A stretch of DNA of 64,000 nt, from assembly GCA_963933835.1 (NCBI GenBank), contig CAWVVV010000001.1, forward strand, positions 384,001 through 448,000. Direction: 5' to 3'. This stretch comes from an uncultured Puniceicoccaceae bacterium (GTDB taxonomy: Bacteria; Verrucomicrobiota; Verrucomicrobiia; Opitutales; Oceanipulchritudinaceae). The translations under genes were made by a program, and so were the position numbers. The notes under the pieces are model-generated. The model did no database searches, was not told the DNA's origin, and saw only the letters and a list, made by a program, of their open reading frames with translations. Positions 20,254 through 29,904 of this stretch are shown here, piece after piece. How positions within the stretch are numbered: the first letter of the stretch is position 1; every line of letters starts with the position of its first letter.

Positions 20254-21036
20254 CTACTCCACGCTGCGGAAATTGATTTCCCAGGTATGGGATTTGCCAT
20301 CGGGTGGCTGGTTGTAGCGGCGGAGGCGTTGGAAGACATTCAGGACTGAGCGATCGAAGGCTTCGTTTCCTGAGGTGCGTTTGATCCTAAATGGAGAAAT
20401 TGTGCCATCTGCTTGGACGGTAAACTCAACGAGGGCTTCGAGCCCATTTGTTCCGAGCGGATTGAAGGCTGCCTGCAGGCGTGCCGCGAGGCTATCGACA
20501 TAGCTGTTGAGTGCGTTTACCTGTGTCGCACTCATGCTTACGCTGCTAGAGGTCAGGCTAGGCACGCTGAGGGTGTTCAGCTGGTCGCGGGCGTTTGTCT
20601 CGATGCGAACATCTGGCGCGCGCCGCTGCGGAGCGGCTTGGGTGACCTCGGGTTGTCCAAATTGATTTACATGGTCCGCGTAGGAGAGGCGCTGCTGTGG
20701 GGGCTCTGGGGCTGGCGTTGGTGCGACAACAGGGGTCGGTTCAACGATCCGCTCAGGAGGTAAATCTGGCACAGGGCGCAAGTCATCGAAGGTAGGCACT
20801 TCAAGGGACTCAACCGGCGGCAACGGCTCAGGCTCGGGTAACAGCTCAGCCTGTGGCTGCTGAATCGAAACGCTTTCAACCGCTCCCGAGGCACCGCTCA
20901 AATCAACAAGCTCAAATACGACCAGTGACTCCTCTTCAAAAAACGTCGCGAGGAGTCCAAGAACAAGCACTACGCCGATCGCTGCGAGGTGCAGGCCGAT
21001 CGAGACTTGAAAGCCTTCTCTGGTCGCGCGCTTCAA
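20254..21036 (-). CDS. TonB/TolA-like energy transducer
   Basis: TM helix with SxxxH (SIGLH), Pro/Glu-rich linker, C-terminal SGNEAFDRSV domain. Confidence 0.8.
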   Translation of the reverse strand: MKRATREGFQVSIGLHLAAIGVVLVLGLLATFFEEESLVVFELVDLSGASGAVESVSIQQPQAELLPEPEPLPPVESLEVPTFDDLRPVPDLPPERIVEPTPVVAPTPAPEPPQQRLSYADHVNQFGQPEVTQAAPQRRAPDVRIETNARDQLNTLSVPSLTSSSVSMSATQVNALNSYVDSLAARLQAAFNPLGTNGLEALVEFTVQADGTISPFRIKRTSGNEAFDRSVLNVFQRLRRYNQPPDGKSHTWEINFRSVE

Positions 21037-21042
21037 AAGTCG

Positions 21043-21456
21043 TCAGATGCTTTGAGTTTCGAGGGACAGCTTTGAGAGCTTATGCTTCTTAATCAAATCG
21101 AGCAGTGTAATGACACTTTGATACGGCAAGGAAGCATCCGCCCGAATTTTCAGCACGGCTGGATCGCCGGAGGCGGCCTCGAGCTCCAGATAGCTATCAA
21201 GCTCTTCAAAGCTCACCAACTGCGGCCCCCAGTAGTAGCGACCGTTCGCATCGAGACTGATCTGTTGAACGACAAGCGCACTCTCAGACTGCGACCCCGG
21301 CGTTTCAACCGGAAGGTTTAGATCGATCGATTGCTCAAGGAGCGGAGCCGTGATCATGAAAATAATGAGGAGGGCAAAGGCAAGGTCGATGAGCGGAGTG
21401 ACGTTGATCTCCGACATCGCTTCGAGCTGGTTCCTCCGATGGAAGCTACGCGCCAT
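21043..21456 (-). CDS. ExbD/TolR family protein
   Basis: SEINVTPLIDLAFALLIIFMIT, IRAD. Confidence 0.9.
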   Translation of the reverse strand: MARSFHRRNQLEAMSEINVTPLIDLAFALLIIFMITAPLLEQSIDLNLPVETPGSQSESALVVQQISLDANGRYYWGPQLVSFEELDSYLELEAASGDPAVLKIRADASLPYQSVITLLDLIKKHKLSKLSLETQSI

Positions 21457-21459
21457 TGC

Positions 21460-22128
21460 CTAGAGTTCCTTCGTTTCGATTTCGATGCGGTCGGCGAGAT
21501 CACTGGCAAAGTTCTCTGCCTCGATCACCATCAACTTCGTCTGGGTAAGGAGAAAGTTATATCCGAAGACCGAAGGGATCGCGACGACCAGACCCGCCAC
21601 GGTCGTAAGGAGCGCGCCCGAAACACCTGGGGCCAAAGTCCCAACACTTGCACCGCTGGCGGTTGAGATCGAACCAAAGGCATCCATCACACCCCAGACC
21701 GTGCCGAGCAGCCCGAGGAAGGGAGCACCCGTCACGATCGAGCTCAGCATCACCATACGCGACTCATAGCGGAGGGTCACCCGCGAGACGGCCCGCTGAA
21801 GGGAATTTTCCACGTGAGAAATACTGTGCGCACTGTTTTCACTGCGATGATAGGTCGCCAGCGCCTCACGCGAGAGCGCCGCAAAGGGGCCCCTTGTCGA
21901 CGAGAACTCTGGATCGACCCGAATAACACTCGGCGTCGCCCGCATGCGCTCATCAAAGAGCTTGTTCGCCATTCGCATCCGCCGCAGCTCGAGGTACTTA
22001 CCAATCATCACTGTCCAAGCCGTGAAACTAAAGACAACAAGGAGTAGAACAATCACCTTACCCGCGCCATTGGACTGGCCGAAGTAGGTTAACACATTTG
22101 CAAGTGGAAGAAGGATCAGCATCGTCAC
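21460..22128 (-). CDS. MotA/TolQ/ExbB proton channel protein
   Basis: APFLGLLGTVWGVM, APGVSGALLTTVAGLVVAIP. Confidence 0.9.
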   Translation of the reverse strand: MTMLILLPLANVLTYFGQSNGAGKVIVLLLVVFSFTAWTVMIGKYLELRRMRMANKLFDERMRATPSVIRVDPEFSSTRGPFAALSREALATYHRSENSAHSISHVENSLQRAVSRVTLRYESRMVMLSSIVTGAPFLGLLGTVWGVMDAFGSISTASGASVGTLAPGVSGALLTTVAGLVVAIPSVFGYNFLLTQTKLMVIEAENFASDLADRIEIETKEL

Positions 22129-22283
22129 CGAAAAGGTGAGACGCCTCTACGCGCTCGCCAATTCAAAAACAGTCGAAACTCGAAAACGGGTGGGAAGCGT
22201 GAGAGATCAATGCCGACGCCAGACCCGAAGAATGAAGTTGCGCTGAGATCGCCGCGTGTTTGCCTGAGAGCACCTGCTTAGCG

Positions 22284-23408
22284 ATGGATAACCTCACTCG
22301 AACACTCAAAGAACTCGCCCCTAAAGCCTCCACCGTCGGAGATAAAACCGCTCTCGTCGGGCTCGACGGCTTCATTGACCGCATCATGGAGGTTGTCGGC
22401 AAGCGCCACGGTCCAGGGGAGCAATTCGATCCGCTTCCTACCATCGATCAATGGGGAGCCCGCGTTTCAGCCGCCGCTGGAGAATCGGCCAATTTCGAGC
22501 TCTGGCTCAAATACGAAAAACTCGGTGGCAATGGCCCCAATATGGCGAATGCGCTGCTCGCTGCGAGCGTTCAGACCCGCTACCTAGGCATGCTCGGGAA
22601 ACCGGTTCACCCCCTCTTTGCCGACTTTGCGAAGCGCTGCGATGCGATCTCACTCGGCGACCCCGGTGTCACCCACGCGATCGAATTTGGCGACGGCAAA
22701 ATCATGCTCGGTGAAATGGCTGACTACGGCAGTCTCACCTATGAACGCATCATCGATTCCGTCGGCGAAGGCGCTTTCCATGACATCCTCGCGCGCTCTG
22801 ACCTCATCAGCCTGATCAATTGGACGATGACGCCGCACCTCACGAGTATCTTTAACGATCTCCTGAGCAAGGTCCTCCCCAATCTGCCTCCGAAAGACGG
22901 TGGACGGATCTTTTTCTTCGACCTCTGCGATCCAGCGAAGCGATCGGACTCAGATCTCCGCTCCGCCCTCGAAGCGATTAAGCGCTTTCAAGCGCATGGG
23001 CGCGCTGTGCTCGGGGTCAATCTCGCCGAAGCCCTCCAAGTCGGCGCCGTCCTCGGCAAAGAGCTCGATGGCTCCTCGACTGCTGGAATTAAAGCCGCCG
23101 CAGGCTGGATCCGTGACCAGCTCGAAATCGCCAACGTCGTCATCCACCGACGCGACGCGGCCGCTTGTGCGACAAAAGAAGACACTTACTTCGTTAACGG
23201 GCCCTTCATTGAGAAACCGCTCATTTCGACCGGCGCCGGAGACCACTTCAACGCAGGCTTCTGCCTCGGACTCCTACTCGACCTCAGCCCCGAAGCGTGC
23301 CTCACCGTCGCGGTCGCAACGAGTGGCCAGTATGTCCGCACCGCCGAAAGCCCATCAATTTCAAAGACTGAGAGCTTCCTTGAGCGTTGGCAAAAGGGAG
23401 ACATTTAG
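22284..23408 (+). CDS. PfkB family carbohydrate kinase
   Basis: KLGGNGPNMANAL, STGAGDHFNAGF. Confidence 0.8.
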   Translation: MDNLTRTLKELAPKASTVGDKTALVGLDGFIDRIMEVVGKRHGPGEQFDPLPTIDQWGARVSAAAGESANFELWLKYEKLGGNGPNMANALLAASVQTRYLGMLGKPVHPLFADFAKRCDAISLGDPGVTHAIEFGDGKIMLGEMADYGSLTYERIIDSVGEGAFHDILARSDLISLINWTMTPHLTSIFNDLLSKVLPNLPPKDGGRIFFFDLCDPAKRSDSDLRSALEAIKRFQAHGRAVLGVNLAEALQVGAVLGKELDGSSTAGIKAAAGWIRDQLEIANVVIHRRDAAACATKEDTYFVNGPFIEKPLISTGAGDHFNAGFCLGLLLDLSPEACLTVAVATSGQYVRTAESPSISKTESFLERWQKGDI

Positions 23409-23463
23409 TTCCAATTCTTTTCGGGGCCAAAAACACTTCGGCGCAACACACTTCCCAAAACAT

Positions 23464-24114
23464 ATGACTGAAACAGACGACGATACACGCGGTTACCTCA
23501 TCACTTTCGAAGGGTCAGAAGGGAGCGGAAAATCGACTCAAATCGGCCGCATCGCCGATCGCTTCACTGACGCTGGCTACGACGTCATCGTCACCCGCGA
23601 GCCCGGTGGCACCGCCCTCGGCGAAGAAATCCGACACATCCTCAAGCACGCCGACAATGGGGCCGGGATGTTTCCCGAAGCCGAGCTCCTCCTCTTCGCT
23701 GCGAGCCGCGCTCAACTTGTGCGCGAAGTCATTGAGCCCGGCATCAAGGCAGGGAAGATTGTCCTCTGTGATCGCTTCATGGACTCGACCACAGTGTATC
23801 AAGGTTTGGGACGTAAAATGCAAAGCGGCCCGGTCCACGTCATCAACACTTTCGCCGTCGGCGACATCAATCCAGACGTCACCGTCGTCATCGACATTCC
23901 TGCAGAAGTCGGATTCGAACGCATTCAAAACCGCGTAACTGACCTTCACGACCGGATGGAAGAAGAGAATATTGAGTTCTACCGCAATGTCCGCGAAGGC
24001 TACCTCATGCTCGCGAAGGCACTCCCAGAGCGCTTCATCGTGGTGAATGGAATGGAAGAGATTTCTGCAGTCGAAGAGAGCATTTGGAAGTTACTTCGCA
24101 AACGTGTCATCTAG
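23464..24114 (+). CDS. tmk: Thymidylate kinase
   Basis: ITFEGSEGSGKSTQ, TREPGGT, LCDRF; start at ATG 23464. Confidence 0.93.
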   Translation: MTETDDDTRGYLITFEGSEGSGKSTQIGRIADRFTDAGYDVIVTREPGGTALGEEIRHILKHADNGAGMFPEAELLLFAASRAQLVREVIEPGIKAGKIVLCDRFMDSTTVYQGLGRKMQSGPVHVINTFAVGDINPDVTVVIDIPAEVGFERIQNRVTDLHDRMEEENIEFYRNVREGYLMLAKALPERFIVVNGMEEISAVEESIWKLLRKRVI

Positions 24115-24115
24115 C

Positions 24116-25084
24116 GTGGCCTCGATTGCCTCCAGCCTCTCCCCTGCCCTCGCCGAGACTCGGCCAGTCAAGGTGCTCGATGCGTCGCTCGATCAAGGGC
24201 GCCTCGCACACGGTATCCTCCTCCAAGGAGAAGACCTTGATAGCCTCGAGCAAATCGCCCTCGCACTCGCGGGGCGTCTCCTCAACACCGACGCTAGCTC
24301 AGCGGCAAGCCATCCCGACTTTTTTACCCTGAGGCCCGCAAAGAAGGCCCGTCAGATCCGCATTGGTGAGCGCGGTAGTGACGAACCTAATACAATGCGT
24401 CGTCTCCTCCGAGACCTCTCGCAGACCTCCAATCAAGGTGGACGAAAAGTCGCAGCGGTCTACGAAGCCGACCGGATGAATAATTCGACGGCGAATGCGT
24501 TTCTCAAGACGCTCGAAGAACCACCGGATGGCACAACTCTCATCCTCATCACGACGCGCCCCTACGCACTACTTGATACGCTGCGCAGCCGGTGCTTCAA
24601 CTTTCGTCTCCCCCTTCGCAATCAACGGCTCGACCAAGACGAATGGGTCATTTGGCGTAAAGCCTACCTCGGATGGCTCGATATGATCACGGGGATGAAG
24701 GCAACGGCCGAAGGCCGCGCCCACGCTGTTATGGGAGCCTACGGTCTCATCGTTCAATTCACCGAAACCCTCAACACGCTGAGCAACGAGGCTTGGGAGA
24801 AAGCGGGTGATACTCTGCCCGAACACCTCAGTGACGATGAACGCTCGGCGCATGAAGCGGGCCTACGCAAAGGCATCCGCAGCGACCTCTTCCGCGACAT
24901 CGAAGAAACGACCCGCCTCTTCGCTGTGCAACAAAGCGCCCCTGGAGAATTCCCCTCCCTTACCCTAGCCCGCCTCACCGCTGAACTAGAACGCCTCGCC
25001 GGCCTGCTCGAAGTAAACCTAAAAGAAGACGTCGCCCTAGAACGCTTCCTCCACGAGTCGCTGAGACTGTGGAATTTGAAGTGA
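24116..25084 (+). CDS. holB: DNA polymerase III delta-prime subunit
   Basis: [27 protein letters not shown]; follows tmk. Confidence 0.85.
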   Translation: MASIASSLSPALAETRPVKVLDASLDQGRLAHGILLQGEDLDSLEQIALALAGRLLNTDASSAASHPDFFTLRPAKKARQIRIGERGSDEPNTMRRLLRDLSQTSNQGGRKVAAVYEADRMNNSTANAFLKTLEEPPDGTTLILITTRPYALLDTLRSRCFNFRLPLRNQRLDQDEWVIWRKAYLGWLDMITGMKATAEGRAHAVMGAYGLIVQFTETLNTLSNEAWEKAGDTLPEHLSDDERSAHEAGLRKGIRSDLFRDIEETTRLFAVQQSAPGEFPSLTLARLTAELERLAGLLEVNLKEDVALERFLHESLRLWNLK

Positions 25085-25106
25085 GTGATTTAGAATCTTG
25101 AAAAGC

Positions 25107-25424
25107 TTATCTGGACTCACGTGGGTTCGAATCAGAGCTCTTCGGCTGGTAACGAATCTTTTTCACAAAGACCCACATACCGTAGTAAATAATAGCAGTC
25201 CCCGTTGAAAGCCCGGCACTCGCGAGGTGAGACAAAACATAAGAGCCCGATACCGTCAGTGCGAAATAAAACACGAAACTTACAATACCAAAAATTATAC
25301 CAAATTTGATGACAGAATATTCATGGCCCTTTGAGCGCTGCATCGTGGCAATGACCATTAGGACCAGAAATACCAATCCGACTAAGTCAGCAATAAGAGC
25401 TAGTATTGAGATCCCTGAATACAT
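25107..25424 (-). CDS. Small hypothetical membrane protein
   Basis: 105 aa, three hydrophobic segments, AT-rich. Confidence 0.55.
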   Translation of the reverse strand: MYSGISILALIADLVGLVFLVLMVIATMQRSKGHEYSVIKFGIIFGIVSFVFYFALTVSGSYVLSHLASAGLSTGTAIIYYGMWVFVKKIRYQPKSSDSNPRESR

Positions 25425-25450
25425 CGGTGCTTATGCGTGATTAAAAAAAG

Positions 25451-26320
25451 CTACACCCCAATCGGGTGCCAGGTGGTCTTGTATTCGATAAAGTCTTTGA
25501 TCGCGTAGAGTGAAGGCGGCGCTTCGGCCAACCATTGAGCGCGCGTTTTAGACGTGCGCACCTTCAAGCGCTTCATGCTCTCGGCGGCATAGATTTGAGC
25601 CTGCTTCGCTGCTTCACTCTCAACCGTAAGATCAAGCCCGCGCACATGCTCGTGGGTCGTCATTGTTTCGAGAAGCTCGTCGGCTGAACCACTGAGAAGG
25701 TTTACGACACCACCCGGCAGATCAGAGGTCGCGAGCATTTCTCCAAGGAGGATGGCAGGATAAGGATTCTTCTCCGAAGCCAACGCGATAATGGCGTTGC
25801 CCGATGTAATGACTGGAGCGACCTGCAAGATGAGCCCGAGCAGTGACGCCTCTGCTGGAGCAATGGCGCAAACCACGCCCATCGGCTCAGTGACGGTAAA
25901 GTTAAAAAACAGCCCAGAGACAGGGTTGGTGTTACCTAGCACTTGCGCATACTTATCCGTCCATCCCGCGCAGTGCACGAGGCTATCGATCGCTGCACTC
26001 ACTTCGACCTCAGCCTGCTTGGCAGTCACTCCGCCAGTGAGGCGCACCGCCCCAACAAGCTCTTCGGCACGTGCTTCCATCATCTCTGCCAGACGATATA
26101 AAATCTGCCCGCGATTGTAGGCCGTCCGAGCGGCCCACGCGCCGCCAGCCTTCGCCGCGACTTCGACCGCGTTGCGCACATCCTTGCGCGAACAAACGGG
26201 CACATTGCAGATAAACTCCCCAGAAGCATCTTCGAGCGCACGAACACGTCCACTCTCGGAGCGTATGAACTTTCCGCCTACATAGGCTTTAGGGGTCTTG
26301 GTGATAGGTAAACGAGTCAT
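25451..26320 (-). CDS. Short aldehyde-dehydrogenase-family protein (NAD-binding part only)
   Basis: YVGGKFIRSESGR, YNRGQILYRLAEM, EPMGVV, DLPGGVVNLLSG, KTTWHPIG; lacks ELGGK and the catalytic Cys. Confidence 0.85.
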   Translation of the reverse strand: MTRLPITKTPKAYVGGKFIRSESGRVRALEDASGEFICNVPVCSRKDVRNAVEVAAKAGGAWAARTAYNRGQILYRLAEMMEARAEELVGAVRLTGGVTAKQAEVEVSAAIDSLVHCAGWTDKYAQVLGNTNPVSGLFFNFTVTEPMGVVCAIAPAEASLLGLILQVAPVITSGNAIIALASEKNPYPAILLGEMLATSDLPGGVVNLLSGSADELLETMTTHEHVRGLDLTVESEAAKQAQIYAAESMKRLKVRTSKTRAQWLAEAPPSLYAIKDFIEYKTTWHPIGV

Positions 26321-26338
26321 GATATATACATTAAAGGG

Positions 26339-26758
26339 TTAACCACGGATGGACACAGATTCTAGAACTCCTAGGACGACGCGTTTCCACTGCCGTTTAG
26401 GATGCTTAAAATTGAGGATGAGACCAATCTTGAGCTTTGTAATGCGAAGGTAGTTCATCATTTGACCAACTTCATTATCACCGATTGGGTCGATGACTTT
26501 AGTATCTACGACGACTGTATTCTCAATAATCAGATCAGGAATAAAAAGCCCAACAGAACTTCCCTTATAGCTGATTTCGTATTGATTTTGCTGGGCAACA
26601 TCTAAAGCGCGCAGACCTAACTCAATAACCAAAGCGTTCTCGTAAGGCTTCTCGTGAAGCCCATGACCCAATCCATTCAAAACATCGAACGCAGACCCAA
26701 TAACATCTTTAGTCAGCGTTTCATGCTGTAGTAAAGATCCGTGTGTATCCGTGTTCAT
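26339..26758 (-). CDS. GxxExxY protein (PD-(D/E)XK-like)
   Basis: LGHGLHEKPYENAL, PDLIIENTVVVDTK, QMMNYL, GLILNF. Confidence 0.9.
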   Translation of the reverse strand: MNTDTHGSLLQHETLTKDVIGSAFDVLNGLGHGLHEKPYENALVIELGLRALDVAQQNQYEISYKGSSVGLFIPDLIIENTVVVDTKVIDPIGDNEVGQMMNYLRITKLKIGLILNFKHPKRQWKRVVLGVLESVSIRG

Positions 26759-26768
26759 CCGTGGTTAA
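26339..26768. mobile_element. Inverted-repeat-bounded GxxExxY cassette (putative)
   Basis: TTAACCACGGATGGACACAGAT (26339-26360) matches the reverse complement of 26747-26768 at 20/22; inserted between two aldehyde dehydrogenase genes. Confidence 0.6.
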
Positions 26769-26780
26769 AGGTTTTTAAGC

Positions 26781-28277
26781 TTATAAAATCTTCAGGTAGT
26801 CAGCGACGCCCTGCTTGCCGCCTTCGCGCCCGAAGCCACTGGATTTGTATCCACCGAACGGTGACGTCGGATCGAATTTGTTGTAGGTATTGGCCCATAC
26901 GACACCCGCTTTAAGCGCGGTGCTCATCTTGAGGATTTTTGAGCCCTTATCTGTCCAGACACCAGCAGAGAGACCGTAAGCCGTATTGTTCGCCTTTTCG
27001 ATCGCTTCACTGACGGTGCGGAAAGTGAGAACACTGAGAACAGGCCCAAAGATTTCTTCGCGGGCGACACGGTGACTTTGAGTGACACCGGTGAACAGTG
27101 TCGGGCGGAAAAACCAGCCCGTCTTTGGCAAGGCGCATGAGCTTTGATACATCTCGGCACCTTCCTTAACGCCCGATTTTACGAGTTCGGTGATTTTCTT
27201 AAACTGCTCTTCAGAATTAATCGCTCCGATGTCGGTGTTCTTATCGAGCGGATTCCCCACACGCAGCGTAGCGATGCGTTGCTTTAGCTTTTTGATGACT
27301 ACATCAGCAACCGACTCCTGCACTAGCAATCGACTACCCGCGCAGCAAACATGCCCTTGGTTGAAAAAGATCCCATTTATAATGCCTTCAACTGCTTGAT
27401 CCAGTGGGGCATCATCAAAGACGATATTGGCAGCCTTGCCGCCGAGTTCGAGGGTCAGCCCCTTACCTGTGCCAGCGACCGACCTCATAATCGCCTGACC
27501 AACCGCCGTAGATCCAGTGAAAGCGATCTTCTTCGCGGTCGGGTGGTTGGCGATCATCTCGCCTGTTGCACCGGCACCAGTGACGATATTGACGACGCCC
27601 GGAGGCAGGCCGGCATCGCGAAAGATTTCGGCCATCTTCAGCGCCGTGATCGAAGTCGTCTCCGCAGGCTTAAGAACCACGCAATTCCCAGTCGCCAACG
27701 CCGGGGCGATTTTCCACGCGAGCATGAGGAGCGGAAAGTTCCACGGGATGATCTGCCCAACCACACCATAGGGCTCGGTCTTCGCACCGGGCACAGCATA
27801 CTCGAGCTTGTCCGCCCAACCGGCGTAATAGAAAAAGTGGGCCGCAGCCATCGGCAGATCGAAATCGCGGGACTCCTTGATCGGCTTACCTCCATCCATC
27901 GTCTCCGCGACAGCGAGCTCGCGCGAACGATCCTGAATGAGTCGCGCGATACGGTAGAGGTATTTGCCGCGTTCTTTGCCCGACATGTCTCGCCAGACAG
28001 AGTGGTAGGCTTTGTCCGCGGCTTTGAAAGCAGCATCTATATCACTTTTCCCTGCGGCTGAAATCTTTGCCAGAACCTTACCTGTCGCAGGGTTGATCGA
28101 ATCAAAATACTTCCGGCTCTTCGGTGCAACGAATTGGCCGCCGATAAAGAGATCGTATTTATCTTTGATCGCTGGCTTAGCTGATTCCGGGGCTGGATCA
28201 AACTCCCAAAGGTCTCCGAAAAGAAGTTCAGGGGTAGCACGGCGGCGAGAAGATGAAGTTGTTTTTGTCTTAGCCAT
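26781..28277 (-). CDS. Aldehyde dehydrogenase
   Basis: IIPWNFP, FTGST, LELGGK, FFNQGHVCCAGSR, EEIFGPV, PFGGYK. Confidence 0.93.
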   Translation of the reverse strand: MAKTKTTSSSRRRATPELLFGDLWEFDPAPESAKPAIKDKYDLFIGGQFVAPKSRKYFDSINPATGKVLAKISAAGKSDIDAAFKAADKAYHSVWRDMSGKERGKYLYRIARLIQDRSRELAVAETMDGGKPIKESRDFDLPMAAAHFFYYAGWADKLEYAVPGAKTEPYGVVGQIIPWNFPLLMLAWKIAPALATGNCVVLKPAETTSITALKMAEIFRDAGLPPGVVNIVTGAGATGEMIANHPTAKKIAFTGSTAVGQAIMRSVAGTGKGLTLELGGKAANIVFDDAPLDQAVEGIINGIFFNQGHVCCAGSRLLVQESVADVVIKKLKQRIATLRVGNPLDKNTDIGAINSEEQFKKITELVKSGVKEGAEMYQSSCALPKTGWFFRPTLFTGVTQSHRVAREEIFGPVLSVLTFRTVSEAIEKANNTAYGLSAGVWTDKGSKILKMSTALKAGVVWANTYNKFDPTSPFGGYKSSGFGREGGKQGVADYLKIL

Positions 28278-29221
28278 TAGTATCCAGAAGTTGCGTCACT
28301 AAAGTTCCACGGAGCTTGATAGACTCCAGTTTCCTGCTTGCGAAGCTGCATGAGTAAGTCGTTCAAAAGTGAACTCGCGCCAAATCGGTAGCGTGTATTG
28401 CTGAGCCACGCATCCCCCAGCGTCTCTTTCACTGCGACCAGAAACTGGAGCGCTTGTTTCGAATTTCGAATCCCACCGGCAGGCTTCATGCTAATCGAGG
28501 TGCCTGTATCCAAATAATGATCACGGATCGCTTCGAGCATGACCTGATTGTTAGCCAAGGTGGCATTGCCTGAAGTTTTTCCTGTGCTCGTCTTGATGAA
28601 GTCGCCCTCTCGAAGCACTTCCATCGCGAGGAAAGAAGCGAGGCGGATCTTGTCGTAGGTTTCGAGTTCACTCACTTCGAGAATCACCTTCAAAGTCGTT
28701 TCGCCACCCGCATCGCGGACAGCCTCTATCTCATCCTGAACCTTCTGATACTTGCCTTCATGGAAGAGCCCGCGACTGATCACCATGTCAATTTCGTCGG
28801 CACCGTCTTTCACGGCTTGCTTTACCTCAGCCAACCGCGTCCGCAGAGGTGTTTGACCAGAGGGGAAAGCTGTTGCCACCGAGGCGATATGAACCGCATG
28901 CCCCTCGCCGAGAAAGGCGCGAGCGGCTTTGACCATCGCGGGATAGACGCAAACCGCCGCCGTCGTGGGTGTATCAAAGGTCGAATCCGGACAAATCGCC
29001 TTGCGGCAGAGTGACTCGACTTTACCCGCCGTATCCATGCCCTCGAGCGTCGTCAGGTCGACCATTGAGACGGCCAGTTTGAGGCCCTGCACTTTGCTGG
29101 CTTTCTTAATACTGCGCGTGGTGTATTTCGCCACACGTTCCTCAATCGCCACTTTATCTACTGGACCATACGTATCGAGGAGCCTCCGCATGGATTTGGG
29201 CTTGGGTGCTGTAGGGGGCAT
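28277..29221 (-). CDS. deoC: Deoxyribose-phosphate aldolase
   Basis: DLTTL, AAVCVYP, GADEIDMV, LKVILE, FIKTSTGK, KPAGGI, RFGASSLL. Confidence 0.93.
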   Translation of the reverse strand: MPPTAPKPKSMRRLLDTYGPVDKVAIEERVAKYTTRSIKKASKVQGLKLAVSMVDLTTLEGMDTAGKVESLCRKAICPDSTFDTPTTAAVCVYPAMVKAARAFLGEGHAVHIASVATAFPSGQTPLRTRLAEVKQAVKDGADEIDMVISRGLFHEGKYQKVQDEIEAVRDAGGETTLKVILEVSELETYDKIRLASFLAMEVLREGDFIKTSTGKTSGNATLANNQVMLEAIRDHYLDTGTSISMKPAGGIRNSKQALQFLVAVKETLGDAWLSNTRYRFGASSLLNDLLMQLRKQETGVYQAPWNFSDATSGY

Positions 29222-29267
29222 GCGGAAAAAATCACACTATCCGGCGCCCATTACAATGCGTATGTTG

Positions 29268-29882
29268 CTAAACTAAACCCGCCTTAGCGGCGAAGGGATC
29301 CCAGGTAGGGTCGCGGTGTCAGTCATACTCGGCGGCCAGAGCGACCGCTTCGGCCTGCTCAGAACCAAACTTTTTCTCGATCAAGGTGAGCGTCATATCC
29401 ATTCCGGCAGAGACACCTGCCGAGGTTATGAATTTCCCATCCGCTACCCAGCGCGCTTGCGGAATCCACTCGGTCTTTGGCCCCTGACTACACGCTCACT
29501 CAAATGCCATCTTATTGGAGGTTGCCTGCTTGCCGTCGAGGGCCCCCGTTGCGGCAAGAATGCCTGCACCGGTACAGATAGAGGCCACCGTTGGCGTCCG
29601 CTCAATCACATCGGTGAGCAATGCCATTAAGGCATCCTCCTCTACAACCGATCGCGTGCCGATGCCTCCCGGTATCATCAAAACATCCACTGGGGGTAGC
29701 TCCGAAAGCGCAACCGTTGCCTCGACCCGTGTGCCAGCAATGCTTCGAACAAGCCCCCCCTCCGATGCCATCACCAAAACATCAATACGATCCCGTATGA
29801 TCGAGAACATCTCCAGCGGGCCAAAGACATCGAGCAGCTCGAAGCCATCAAATAGAAACATCGCGACGCTAATCTTTTTCAT
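29268..29882 (-). pseudogene. DJ-1/PfpI family protein with two in-frame TGA codons
   Basis: FELLDVFGPLEMF, PGGIGTR, SICTG, TSNKMAFE*..., ARWVADGKFITSAGVSAGMD, AEYD*HRDPTWDPFA; single frame of 205 codons. Confidence 0.85.
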
Positions 29883-29904
29883 CGCTCGTGAGCTTTAGTC
29901 GCGA

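Noticed and set aside
19699..20276. Several overlapping ORFs across the repeat cluster
   Set aside because: They are translations of GC-rich repeats with no protein-like features.
22900..23463. N-terminal extension of tmk (404-aa ORF)
   Set aside because: It overlaps the PfkB gene in another frame; the kinase motif begins just after ATG 23464.
29319..29498. Selenocysteine at the TGA codons, or genome-wide UGA recoding
   Set aside because: The positions correspond to Trp rather than Cys, and TGA terminates many normal genes in the window.
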